A stretch of 64,000 nt of DNA from Alphaproteobacteria bacterium. Lineage in GTDB: Bacteria > Pseudomonadota > Alphaproteobacteria > JASGCL01. The notes under the pieces were generated by a model. It did no database searches. It had not been told where the DNA came from and was given only the letters and a program-made list of their open reading frames with translations. The position numbers were made by a program, and so were the translations under genes. This document shows positions 49,646 to 59,457 of this stretch, one piece after another. The stretch is taken from positions 1,105,416 through 1,169,415 of the forward strand of contig CBDHFN010000003.1 in the NCBI GenBank assembly GCA_965262605.1, written 5' to 3'. The stretch's first letter is position 1. Every line of letters starts with the position of its first letter.

Positions 49646-50881
49646 ATGAAAATAAAATCAGAATTTTGTCAAATTATAACAGAACGCGGATTGGGGCATC
49701 AATTCACGAATCTTGAAGCCTTAGATAATTTATTGGCGCGCGAAAAAAATATACCTTGTTATATTGGGTTTGATGCCACGGCAAGCTCATTGCATGTTGG
49801 CAGTCTTTTGCCGATAATGATTCTTCGGCATTTTCAAAAATCAGGGCATAAACCCATTGTTTTAATGGGTGGTGGCACGACAATGGTGGGCGACCCATCA
49901 GGCAAAGACGAAGCGCGTAAAATAATTACGCCCGAAATTATTCATGAAAATATCCAAGGAATCCAAAAAATATTCGCTAAATTCCTTACATTTGGTGATT
50001 CGGGCAATGATGCCATGATGGCGAATAACGCTGAATGGTTATTACCGCTAAATTATATTGAATTTTTACGCGATATTGGGCAATTCGTATCCGTCAACCG
50101 CATGTTGCAAATGGATTCGGTGAAATCGCGACTTGAACGCGAAAGTCATCTTAGCTTTTTGGAATTTAATTATATGGTTTTGCAAGCTTATGATTTTATG
50201 GAATTGCACCGAAGATATAAATGCCGTTTGCAAATGGGCGGTTCTGACCAATGGGGCAATATCGTCAGTGGTATTGAGCTTGCCCATAAGATAGATGGTG
50301 CAGAGCTTTTTGGTCTAACCACGCCATTATTAACGACTTCTTCGGGGGCGAAAATGGGCAAATCCGCCAAAGGCGCGGTCTGGCTTAACGAAGATTTATT
50401 AAGTTCATATGATTATTGGCAATTTTGGCGCAATACCGAAGATGCCGATGTTGTTAGATTCCTTAAAATCTTTACCGAAATTCCATTGCCTGAAATTGAA
50501 AAATTAAGCAAATTACAAGGGCAAGAAATTAATGAAGCGAAAATTATCCTTGCCAATCACGCAACTACTATGGTGCATGGTGCAGAAAAATCAAAATCTG
50601 CGTTTGAAACTGCGCAAAATCTTTATAGCGCGGGTGTTATGGGCGGCGATATTGCGCAATATAAATTGTCAAATTACCCTATAAATATCGTTAATTTATT
50701 GGTTGATTGCGGTTTTTGTTCGTCAAATTCTGATGCCAGACGCAATATCCAAGGTGGCGCAATCCGCCTTAATGATAGGGTAATAAGCGATGCTAATTTT
50801 CAAATTACCAATAATGAAATGATAAATAATACGGCAAAATTATCCTTTGGCAAGAAAAAACACCTGCAAATAATTTTGTAA
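49646..50881 (+). CDS. tyrS: tyrosyl-tRNA synthetase
   Basis: HIGS-type motif (LHVGSL), KMSKS motif (KMGKS), C-terminal S4 domain; ATG at 49646. Confidence 0.9.
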   Translation: MKIKSEFCQIITERGLGHQFTNLEALDNLLAREKNIPCYIGFDATASSLHVGSLLPIMILRHFQKSGHKPIVLMGGGTTMVGDPSGKDEARKIITPEIIHENIQGIQKIFAKFLTFGDSGNDAMMANNAEWLLPLNYIEFLRDIGQFVSVNRMLQMDSVKSRLERESHLSFLEFNYMVLQAYDFMELHRRYKCRLQMGGSDQWGNIVSGIELAHKIDGAELFGLTTPLLTTSSGAKMGKSAKGAVWLNEDLLSSYDYWQFWRNTEDADVVRFLKIFTEIPLPEIEKLSKLQGQEINEAKIILANHATTMVHGAEKSKSAFETAQNLYSAGVMGGDIAQYKLSNYPINIVNLLVDCGFCSSNSDARRNIQGGAIRLNDRVISDANFQITNNEMINNTAKLSFGKKKHLQIIL

Positions 50882-50900
50882 ATTCAAATTTGAATTTTTT
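50881..50900 (+). terminator. AT-rich perfect 16-bp palindrome followed by a T-run, 3' of tyrS
   Basis: AATTCAAATTTGAATT (50881-50896) then TTTT. Confidence 0.4.
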
Positions 50901-50965
50901 GTAAAAAAATATTTGACAGATATAAAAAATTATGATAAGCTAACATTAAAATAGTGAGGTATTTT

Positions 50966-51136
50966 ATGAGTAAAATTGAACCAATTACTAGTGGCTCTAG
51001 AATTTTAAGTCGGGAGGCTACGCCAATTTTAAAGAATTTAAATGAAATTCAACCAAGTAGAGGCGATATTGCGAAGCCTAGATTCGTGCAGGATAAAGTT
51101 TCTGTAAGTGAAGATGCGGCTAAAAAACAACAATAA
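50966..51136 (+). CDS. small hypothetical protein (56 aa) with strong RBS
   Basis: GAGG 7 nt upstream of the ATG; its stop abuts the dapB stop (convergent); N-terminus MSKIEPITSGSR. Confidence 0.3.
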   Translation: MSKIEPITSGSRILSREATPILKNLNEIQPSRGDIAKPRFVQDKVSVSEDAAKKQQ

Positions 51137-51913
51137 TTATCTTAAAAAATCAGCAACTACATATAGCCCATTTTGCTGTTTTGCAAGCCAGCTTGCAAGT
51201 TTAATTGCGCCATCAGCGAATAATGCCCTATCATTTGCGCGATGCGAAAGGGTAATCATATCATTTTTACCCGCAAAAATAACGCTATGGTCGCCAATGA
51301 CTTGTCCGCCACGCAATGATGCAAAGCCAATTTTACTTTCTTCGCGCCCTTGATTGTTAAAGCCAAGATGATGGGTATGAATCTGGGAATTATATTCTTT
51401 GCCTAAACCCTTGGCAACAGATTCTGCCAATAAAATTGCGGTGCCAGATGGGGAATCTTTTTTTTGCCGATGGTGCATTTCAAGAATTTCAATATCATAG
51501 TCGGCTAATTGTTGCGCAGCCTTTTCAACAAGTTGTGATAGAATATGCACGCCTAAGCTTGTATTATTTGCATGAAGGCACGCAATTTTTGCAGAAGCCT
51601 GCTTGATAGTCGCAAAATGCGATTCGGACAATCCCGTAATACAGCATAAATACGCAGTTTTATTTTTAATGGCATGGGTGATGTTGGAATTAATCGCATC
51701 AGCATTGCTGAAATCTATAACAACATCTGTATTTGCCCAATCGGCATGAACAATATCAGTATAATGAATATCGCCAATTTTTTGCCCAATTAATGGGTGA
51801 TTTTCACGAATAATTGCGCAAGTAATATTTTGATTATATAAATTACAAGCCGAAATTACAGCATTTCCCATTCTTCCATTTGCACCAATAACTCCAATAT
51901 TAACCTTGTTCAT
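51137..51913 (-). CDS. dapB: 4-hydroxy-tetrahydrodipicolinate reductase
   Basis: N-terminal NAD(P) motif VGANGRMG and the DapB catalytic region. Confidence 0.85.
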   Translation of the reverse strand: MNKVNIGVIGANGRMGNAVISACNLYNQNITCAIIRENHPLIGQKIGDIHYTDIVHADWANTDVVIDFSNADAINSNITHAIKNKTAYLCCITGLSESHFATIKQASAKIACLHANNTSLGVHILSQLVEKAAQQLADYDIEILEMHHRQKKDSPSGTAILLAESVAKGLGKEYNSQIHTHHLGFNNQGREESKIGFASLRGGQVIGDHSVIFAGKNDMITLSHRANDRALFADGAIKLASWLAKQQNGLYVVADFLR

Positions 51914-51918
51914 AATGG

Positions 51919-52359
51919 TTATTTTACGGTTATTTTGCGTTGCTCAGTAAAAAGGGCAGGAAAATATGAAATATGATTTTGGTCGGTAATTAATAATTGC
52001 AATATATGCGAACCGGGCGGTAAATCTAACTCATATTCTATTTCGCCATTTCCCAAGTGAATATCTTTTGGAATAAGTTGCGGACCGGGTTTGAACGCAT
52101 CATCATTTTTTATCATGGTTACTATATCTTGCCTGTCATATAAAATATGAAAATGCGACGAACCTTTTTTCTTGGTTGATGCAATATCAAGATTTGTTGC
52201 GGACATTTTGAATTTTACAGGATTCGCAACAACTGAATTTGCCTTAGGTTCGTCCCAAGTAATTGTCGCACCAGCAGGTAATTTTGTGCGTTGCGCATAT
52301 AATGGGCTTAAATTAACTAAAATAAAGCCAATTAGCGATAATATTAAATATTTTTTCAT
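51919..52359 (-). CDS. secreted DUF4399-like protein, tandem paralog A
   Basis: Signal peptide; shared motifs HFHIL, IHLGNG, LPPG and NHI with the adjacent paralog. Confidence 0.55.
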   Translation of the reverse strand: MKKYLILSLIGFILVNLSPLYAQRTKLPAGATITWDEPKANSVVANPVKFKMSATNLDIASTKKKGSSHFHILYDRQDIVTMIKNDDAFKPGPQLIPKDIHLGNGEIEYELDLPPGSHILQLLITDQNHISYFPALFTEQRKITVK

Positions 52360-52826
52360 TTGATTGTTAATTTAATTCTGTCTGATGCAACGATAGGGTA
52401 ATGCGCAATATGATTTAAGTCGCCCAATACTAATTGTAAAAAATATTCACCGGGGGGCAATCGTAAAGAATATTTAAATGACCCGTCGCCTAAATGTATA
52501 TCATCAACATCAAAAATAGGAGGCTGTGATTTTGCAGAATCTTTTTTCACACGGCTTAAATAATCTGGTTTATTGATTAAAATATGAAAATGCGCTTTGT
52601 TTTTAACTTCCTTGGGTCCAATTTCAATGCCCTCAGAATTAAACTGCAACTTAATTTCGGCGCCAGTTAGTAAATTTTCTGAATCTATTACAGCACCATT
52701 AGAAGGAAATTCCCAATAGATTTTTGCGCCCTTTGGCGATAAAGTTCTGTTATATTCTTGGGTATTGGCATAGCCAACAAGTAGTGCTAAACCCATAACA
52801 ATTGCTGTAATTTTCATTATACACAC
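52356..52826 (-). CDS. secreted DUF4399-like protein, tandem paralog B
   Basis: Same motif set (HFHIL, IHLGDG, LPPG, NHI); 4-nt overlap with paralog A. Confidence 0.55.
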   Translation of the reverse strand: MCIMKITAIVMGLALLVGYANTQEYNRTLSPKGAKIYWEFPSNGAVIDSENLLTGAEIKLQFNSEGIEIGPKEVKNKAHFHILINKPDYLSRVKKDSAKSQPPIFDVDDIHLGDGSFKYSLRLPPGEYFLQLVLGDLNHIAHYPIVASDRIKLTIK

Positions 52827-52906
52827 CTTAATTGTAAATCATCATTAAAACATAACAAAATTATAATCGCATGTCAAGAAAATATCTATTTTTTTATAAA
52901 ATTAAA

Positions 52907-54070
52907 TCATGACTTGCGAATCACGCATTCAATTTGTTTTTTCTTCAAGTTTAAGCAAGCTGCTTGGGCATTTTTTTGCGTAAGACTGCTTATCATTGCC
53001 CTAAAAAAAACTTTTTTATTATTTTGAATTTTTGAAACTTCATAATCAGCATCGCGTTTGATGCTTGTCGGTAAGAAGTTAAGTGCGTGCTTGATTCGTT
53101 CATTCGCATCTTGTTTTTTGGAAAATGAGCCAACTTGAATCATAAAATCATCATTTGCCTTAGCTTTTTGCATGTTTTTAACGGGTTTTGTGTTATTGAC
53201 CATAGTTATTGGTTTAGAATTTTTACTTAAATTAGCTTCATTAGTATAATCATCAGCCCGTTTAGTATATTTACTTAGCAAATCAACCATTATTCTGTCG
53301 CGAATCGCCCCAGTTTGCCCGCCTAAAACAACCGCAACTACGCGTTTATTATCAATTTCTGCGGAAGTTAAAAGATTATAACCGCTTAAATTAATATACC
53401 CTGTTTTCATGCCGTCCGCACCAGCAAACATATCTAAAACTCGGTTATGTCCGCCGTAAGTATTGCCTTCAAATTCAAAACTCCGCAGTGAAAAATAATG
53501 ATAATATTGCGGAAAATCTTGAATCATTCTTCTGCCTAATTGCGCAAGGTCAAATGCAGTCGTAATTTGCTGATTATCGGGCAATCCAGACGCATTTTGG
53601 AATGTAGTTTTTGCCATGCCAATTTGACGGGCTTTACGGGTCATGAGTCTTGCAAATTCCTCTTCGTCGCCGCCACCTAAATATTCACCAACGGCGGTTG
53701 CAACATCATTGGCGGAACGAACAACCATCGCGCGAATCGCTGTATCAACGGGAATTACATCGCCCTGACGCAAATTTAGCTTTGTCGGCGAAGCCATTGA
53801 TGCTTGTTTAGAAACTGGAATTAAGGTATCCATGGTAATTTTACCCTCCGACAAGCGTTCAAACAACATATATAATGTCATAACTTTGGTAATGGAAGCG
53901 GGATAAGCTAATTCTTGCTCTTCGGTTGCTTGTAATATTTTACCACTTTGTTGTTCTACAACTATTGTGGAAAATTGCCCGCGTTGTGCGTGCGAATTAT
54001 TAGTGGTAATTAATGTTGCCAAAAAAAACACAGCACAATACGCAATATTGCTTAAAAATTTCTTCTTCAT
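52907..54070 (-). CDS. D-alanyl-D-alanine carboxypeptidase (PBP5/6 class) with C-terminal SPOR domain
   Basis: SxxK (ASITK), SxN and KTG motifs; C-terminal roughly 75-aa SPOR-like segment. Confidence 0.8.
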   Translation of the reverse strand: MKKKFLSNIAYCAVFFLATLITTNNSHAQRGQFSTIVVEQQSGKILQATEEQELAYPASITKVMTLYMLFERLSEGKITMDTLIPVSKQASMASPTKLNLRQGDVIPVDTAIRAMVVRSANDVATAVGEYLGGGDEEEFARLMTRKARQIGMAKTTFQNASGLPDNQQITTAFDLAQLGRRMIQDFPQYYHYFSLRSFEFEGNTYGGHNRVLDMFAGADGMKTGYINLSGYNLLTSAEIDNKRVVAVVLGGQTGAIRDRIMVDLLSKYTKRADDYTNEANLSKNSKPITMVNNTKPVKNMQKAKANDDFMIQVGSFSKKQDANERIKHALNFLPTSIKRDADYEVSKIQNNKKVFFRAMISSLTQKNAQAACLNLKKKQIECVIRKS

Positions 54071-54269
54071 TAGGTTTCACCTTAATTTGTTGCTTTACGA
54101 CACTCTTTGAGGTGTCTTGGGAATATTATATTTAATTTTATTATTAAATCAAGTTATTTTTTTACTTAATGTTATAATTTTTTTTGAAATAATTGTAAAT
54201 ATTACTTGCAATATTAATTAATATTTGATATTCTTGATTTAAGAATAAAAATATCATGGAAAACATGAA

Positions 54270-54581
54270 ATGAAGAATCATCAACGCGATACTAATTCAA
54301 TAATTAAACAAGCCGTAATTATATTTATTGGCTTCGGTTTACCATTTTACCTGTTTTTTCACATTTTAACGGGCGAGAGGTCGTGGGCTTCCTTGGACAG
54401 AAAAACTAATATTTTAAATCAAAAAATTGATTATTTATCGCAATTAGAGGAAAATAATAAAATCACAGAAAAAAAATTGATTTTATTGCAAGATAAAAAA
54501 ATTGACCAAGATTTATTGGAAGAGCTTGCCCGCAAGAATCTTGGCTTGATTTACCAAAATGAAATTCGGATAAAAGAGTAA
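54270..54581 (+). CDS. ftsB: septum formation initiator family protein (FtsB/DivIC-like)
   Basis: 103 aa, single TM plus coiled coil. Confidence 0.5.
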   Translation: MKNHQRDTNSIIKQAVIIFIGFGLPFYLFFHILTGERSWASLDRKTNILNQKIDYLSQLEENNKITEKKLILLQDKKIDQDLLEELARKNLGLIYQNEIRIKE

Positions 54582-54682
54582 ATTATTTCTTGCTTTAATG
54601 GTAATTTTAGCCTATAAATGAATAAATTGTTATTATTGCATAGTTTATAATAACGATAAAATATTTTTTTGTGTTTATTTAT

Positions 54683-54700
54683 GCCAATAAGCTTATTGGC
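54683..54700. repeat. perfect 18-bp palindrome GCCAATAAGCTTATTGGC between convergent genes
   Basis: Read directly; a weaker IR (GTTATTAT...ATAATAAC) lies about 35 bp upstream. Confidence 0.7.
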
Positions 54701-54771
54701 GCACGAGTATCCACAAGCATAAAAACAGGCGACAGAATTTATTTTGATTTAATTTCGGTTAAAGGCAATAA

Positions 54772-56094
54772 TTAATTCATCAGCGATTGATTAATATTGC
54801 GCATGGCTTCATGCCAATCATGACGGGTTTTTTGTTGCGATATGTTTAAATTCGGATACCAATAAGATGGCTGGTTAAGCGGATACCATCGCCAACAACT
54901 ATCGGCTCTGTTCGGCATATAACAGGGCAAATCCATGCTTGCCCCCAAATGAATTAACGCCGAATCAACGCTTATTAAGGCATCGCAATTTTTTAAAATT
55001 GCACAAGCGGTTGCAAAATCGCCCAAGCGATTTCCTAAATCATGGACAAATAATTCTTGATAAATTTGCTTGACTAATGGCGGGAAGGGGGGCGGTTGCA
55101 AGCCAATAATATAATATTTATGGTGTAAATTTTTTAATTCGCGCCATGCTTCAATTGGTGGAACTCTGCGGGCATGAATAAATCCAAATTGCCCATCATG
55201 GCGTCCAGCGCAAACAAGCGCAAGAATATTTTTGCCCCCCGCAAGCTTTTTTAATTCGTGATACCAATTTTTAATCTCGGCTTCATCGGCTTGCCAATTT
55301 GGAGCTTTGCCAACGGCGTGATTCATTTTTGACCCCATAAAATTATGGATTAACCACAGACCTTGAATGAAATTATGTTCAATTTCTAAGCCATTTTTTG
55401 TGTGAATCGCCCCAAAAGCATCAGAAAATTCCTTGATTTTAAGATGCTTGAAGTTAATTTGCATTAAGCGCAATAATGCTTGCGGTGCGCGAATAGAAAT
55501 GGCGCGGGCTTTGTTAAAATATGGCATGTCGTAAATATTTTCTAAATATCGGCTTGCCATGAACGAATCACCAAAACCAAGATTTGCCGCCAAGACAATA
55601 TCTTGATTCGTTAAATCTTGCCCCCAAAATTCGGGGATTTTGCCTTGTAATTTTGGTATATAATCAATTTGCCCTTGTTTAAGATAATCAAAACCAATGT
55701 CCCATTGCCCTTGCCGCAAGTAGAATTCTCCGCTAAAATGGCAAAAATATGCCGATTTTATGCCTAATTCATTGGCTTGAGCGATAATTTCAAGGGCAAG
55801 TTCATCGTGAGAAAGCCAATCGCATAATGGCACTAAGAAATCAAACAAATTTTCAGTAATTACGCCAGATTGGCGGGCATATAATAAATGTTCAAGGGAA
55901 TCTTGGCACTTTCCCAAGAAAAATTCACAAATTCCAAGCGTGTAATTTAATATGGCATGGGTTGCATTATTATGGTATTCGGGGTATAATTCCGTAGTAA
56001 TTTGCAAAAAATTTTGACGCGATAATAAGGTTAAACACCTTACTGACAAGGCGTCTTGGAAATTCATAAGGTTTGATTTATGCGGGTTGTGCAT
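54772..56094 (-). CDS. TPR-repeat plus GT9-like glycosyltransferase (paralog of 11635-13191)
   Basis: G-F-G-D motif (NLGFGDSFMASRYL) and a C-lobe pattern (DALISVDSALIHLGASMDLP). Confidence 0.6.
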   Translation of the reverse strand: MHNPHKSNLMNFQDALSVRCLTLLSRQNFLQITTELYPEYHNNATHAILNYTLGICEFFLGKCQDSLEHLLYARQSGVITENLFDFLVPLCDWLSHDELALEIIAQANELGIKSAYFCHFSGEFYLRQGQWDIGFDYLKQGQIDYIPKLQGKIPEFWGQDLTNQDIVLAANLGFGDSFMASRYLENIYDMPYFNKARAISIRAPQALLRLMQINFKHLKIKEFSDAFGAIHTKNGLEIEHNFIQGLWLIHNFMGSKMNHAVGKAPNWQADEAEIKNWYHELKKLAGGKNILALVCAGRHDGQFGFIHARRVPPIEAWRELKNLHHKYYIIGLQPPPFPPLVKQIYQELFVHDLGNRLGDFATACAILKNCDALISVDSALIHLGASMDLPCYMPNRADSCWRWYPLNQPSYWYPNLNISQQKTRHDWHEAMRNINQSLMN

Positions 56095-56188
56095 TTTTTT
56101 CTTGATTTTTGTTTTAATCTGTATATATTGTGGTTAATGGATTTCATAAGCCATTACAATAATTATTTAACAATTAAAAGGAAAAATC

Positions 56189-56425
56189 ATGAGCAATGTT
56201 GCAGAGCGCGTAAAGAAAATTGTCGTCGACCACTTAGGCGTTGATGAAGCGAAAGTTACCGAAAATGCAAGTTTTATAGATGATTTAGGAGCCGATTCTT
56301 TGGATACCGTTGAATTAGTCATGGCGTTTGAAGAAGAATTTGGTTGTGAAATTTCGGATGATGCAGCGGAAAAAATCACCACGGTTGCCGATGCTATCAA
56401 ATATATTACTGAAAACACAAAATAA
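56189..56425 (+). CDS. acpP: acyl carrier protein
   Basis: [15 protein letters not shown] phosphopantetheine attachment site motif. Confidence 0.9.
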   Translation: MSNVAERVKKIVVDHLGVDEAKVTENASFIDDLGADSLDTVELVMAFEEEFGCEISDDAAEKITTVADAIKYITENTK

Positions 56426-56431
56426 TTAAAA

Positions 56432-57694
56432 ATGCGGCGCGTAGTTGTCACTGGCTTGGGGATAGTGAGTCCTTTGGGCATTGGCATTTCTAAGGTCTGG
56501 CATAATCTTATTAATGGTAAATCTGGAATAAGTAAAATAACGCAATTTGATGTGTCGGATTTGGCTTGTCAAATTGCGGGTTTTGCCGTTGATACAGATG
56601 ACGAAGATAAAAAAATTAATTTAGATAAATATATAAACCCCAAAGAACAAAAGAAAATGGGGCGATTTATCCAAATGGCGTGTATTGCCGCCGCCGAAGC
56701 AGTTAATGATGCGGGCATTACAAGCTTAACCGAAGAAGAATCATGGCGCGCGGGCGTGATGATGGGTTCGGGTATTGGTGGCTTGCAGGGCATTGAAGAA
56801 ACAACGCAAACCCTTCTTGAAAAAGGGGTGCGCCGTGTAAGCCCGTTTTTCGTGCCAGCGAATTTGATTAATTTAACTTCTGGATTTATTTCAATTTTTC
56901 ATGGATTGCGCGGTCCGAACAGCGCGGTTGCGACTGCGTGTGCATCTGGAACGCATGCGATTGGCGATTCCGCGCGAATGATTCAATACGGGTCGGCGGA
57001 TATTATGGTTTGTGGTGGCGCCGAATCACCGATTAGCCGATTAGGCATTGCCGGATTTATCGCGACAAGGGCTTTGGCAACTTCGTTTAACGACAATCCA
57101 ACCGAAGCATCGCGCCCATATGATTCGCGCCGTGAAGGTTTTGTCATGGGTGAGGGGTCAGGGGTTTTAGTCTTAGAAGAATATGAACATGCAAAAAAAC
57201 GCGGGGCGAAAATTTACGCCGAAGTCATTGGTTATGGCATGTCCGGTGATGGTTATCACTTAACCGCCCCCCCCGAAGACGGCAATGGCGGATTTCGTGC
57301 AATGCAAACAGCCGTGCAAGATGCTAAAATTAGCACGGATAAAATTGGCTATATTAATGCGCATGGCACTTCAACCCCTTTGGGTGATGAAATTGAATTA
57401 AGGGCAATTCATCGGTTGTTTGGCGATAATAATTGCGCAAATTTAGCCGTTTCTTCGACAAAATCGGCAACGGGGCATTTATTGGGTGCGGCGGGTGCAA
57501 TTGAAGCGATTTTCAGTATAATGGCATTGCAAGAACAAATTTTGCCCCCGACTTTAAATCTTCATGACCCTTGCCCGCATTTTGGGTTGAATTTAGTGCC
57601 GCTTATTGCGCAAGAAAAGAAAATTGATAAGGTTTTATCAAACAGCTTTGGGTTTGGTGGCACTAATGCGTCAATAATATTTCAAAAATCGTGA
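56432..57694 (+). CDS. fabF: 3-oxoacyl-ACP synthase II
   Basis: KAS-II motifs with the Cys-His-His triad (ATACASGTH, HGTST, GHLLGAAG). Confidence 0.9.
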   Translation: MRRVVVTGLGIVSPLGIGISKVWHNLINGKSGISKITQFDVSDLACQIAGFAVDTDDEDKKINLDKYINPKEQKKMGRFIQMACIAAAEAVNDAGITSLTEEESWRAGVMMGSGIGGLQGIEETTQTLLEKGVRRVSPFFVPANLINLTSGFISIFHGLRGPNSAVATACASGTHAIGDSARMIQYGSADIMVCGGAESPISRLGIAGFIATRALATSFNDNPTEASRPYDSRREGFVMGEGSGVLVLEEYEHAKKRGAKIYAEVIGYGMSGDGYHLTAPPEDGNGGFRAMQTAVQDAKISTDKIGYINAHGTSTPLGDEIELRAIHRLFGDNNCANLAVSSTKSATGHLLGAAGAIEAIFSIMALQEQILPPTLNLHDPCPHFGLNLVPLIAQEKKIDKVLSNSFGFGGTNASIIFQKS

Positions 57695-58647
57695 AAATAT
57701 CATTAATTATTTCAATATTTGTTGCTTTGGTTTTGGGCATTGGCTTTGGCTATTATCATTATAGCGATTTTTATGCAAAACGAAATATTGATTCGGTCGT
57801 TGTTGATATTGAAAAAGGGGCAACATATAATGATGTTGGCGATATTTTGGCAAAAAATAAAGTAATTGATAATCCAATTGCCTTTAATTATTTGGCGCGA
57901 ATTATTTTTTTTGGTAAAACATTCAAGGCTGGTGAATATGAATTTGGCGGCGAATTATCGCCATTTGAAATTGCATTGAAAATCATCAAGCATCAAGTTA
58001 TTCAATATAATATCACTATCCCTGAGGGGTTTACAGCCAAACAAATCGTTGAAATTCTTTATAAATTACCAAAATTACAAGGCGAAATAGACAAAATTCC
58101 AGACGAAGGCTCGCTTTTTCCAGATACTTGGGTTTATATCAAGGGCGATTCAAGAATGACATTATTAACGCTTATGCAAAAAAAAATGGATAAAGAATTA
58201 GATAAAATTTGGCAAAATAAAGGCGATATTAACCCGATTAAATCCAAAGTAGAGTTGCTTATCTTGGCTTCGTTAATTGAAAAAGAAACTGGCATTGCGT
58301 CAGAACGCCCAATAGTTTCAGGGGTATTTTATAACCGATTGCGCATGAATATGAAATTGCAATCTGACCCAACCACAATTTACCCATTATCAAATTTTAC
58401 GGGCGATTTAAATCGTTATTTAACCAAAAAAGATTTGGAATCAATCAATGAATGGAATACATATACCCGTGAAGGCTTGCCGAAAACTCCTATATGCAAC
58501 CCGTCCTTAGCCGCGATTCAAGCTGCCGCCGACCCAGCAACCCATAAATATTTATTTTTTGTGGCGAACGGCAACCGCGGGCACAGCTTTGCCGAAACTT
58601 ACGCACAACATAAACGAAATGTTGAAGCGTATAGGTTGTTGAATTAA
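57691..58647 (+). CDS. mltG: endolytic murein transglycosylase MltG (YceG-like)
   Basis: N-terminal TM plus YceG domain; follows acpP-fabF in the conserved order. Confidence 0.8.
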   Translation: MKISLIISIFVALVLGIGFGYYHYSDFYAKRNIDSVVVDIEKGATYNDVGDILAKNKVIDNPIAFNYLARIIFFGKTFKAGEYEFGGELSPFEIALKIIKHQVIQYNITIPEGFTAKQIVEILYKLPKLQGEIDKIPDEGSLFPDTWVYIKGDSRMTLLTLMQKKMDKELDKIWQNKGDINPIKSKVELLILASLIEKETGIASERPIVSGVFYNRLRMNMKLQSDPTTIYPLSNFTGDLNRYLTKKDLESINEWNTYTREGLPKTPICNPSLAAIQAAADPATHKYLFFVANGNRGHSFAETYAQHKRNVEAYRLLN

Positions 58648-59441
58648 TATTCAGCGCGGTTTATATATCGCGCATTATAATATTCAGACGCAAATGTTTT
58701 TAATGCTCTTTTATATTCATTGACATCTTTTGTTAATAATACACGCACTAGATAATTTTTTAAAATTTTATATTGCTTCGCAATGTCAATTATAAATTGT
58801 TCAATTAATTTAGAATCATCATATTTGTTAATTGAATTTTTCATTGTTTCAATTAAATATAATGGGCAAATCAGTTCATAACACAATATCAAGGCTGCAT
58901 CTTCTTGTATTTGTAAATGGGTATGTTTTTTGCCTTGAATGAATTTAATCGCTAAATCTGTAATATCCTCTGGGTTTTTCTTATAATTTTCTTCTTCTGC
59001 TATGGCATTAGAAAATTCCTTTACTTCAGTTTTTCCGCTCCATTCTAAATATTTTAACTTATTATCTTTAGATTTGTAATTAATTGCTAAAGCTAAATGC
59101 AATAATTCTTTGAATATAACCATTCGGTATTTGCATATACCTTCGCCATCTTTAATATCTGTTAAACTAGAATTAAAGCAAATTTTTTCGTCATATAAAA
59201 TATATACATCGTAAGTATCATTTTCTTCATTATCGTAGATAAATATATGTCCAGCAACGCCAATATTAACTTTTTTTGTATAAATTTTTGCATTGCAAAT
59301 TTTTGCAAAAATATTTAAAGTGTCCTCGGTATTTAATGGTTTAAATTCATCAATTGATTTATATTTTTCATGATTTAATATGTCAAACTTACCGCTTTTC
59401 GGCGTGAGCAACATACCAAATATCTGTGAAACTTTATTCAT
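58644..59441 (-). CDS. hypothetical protein (265 aa), very AT-rich
   Basis: No family recognised; composition K/N/I/Y-rich, differing from the flanking genes. Confidence 0.5.
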   Translation of the reverse strand: MNKVSQIFGMLLTPKSGKFDILNHEKYKSIDEFKPLNTEDTLNIFAKICNAKIYTKKVNIGVAGHIFIYDNEENDTYDVYILYDEKICFNSSLTDIKDGEGICKYRMVIFKELLHLALAINYKSKDNKLKYLEWSGKTEVKEFSNAIAEEENYKKNPEDITDLAIKFIQGKKHTHLQIQEDAALILCYELICPLYLIETMKNSINKYDDSKLIEQFIIDIAKQYKILKNYLVRVLLTKDVNEYKRALKTFASEYYNARYINRAEY

Positions 59442-59457
59442 AAACTATTCCAGAATA

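Noticed and set aside
56167-56487. 106-aa minus-strand ORF
   Set aside because: Fully antisense to acpP and the fabF start, which have unmistakable motifs.
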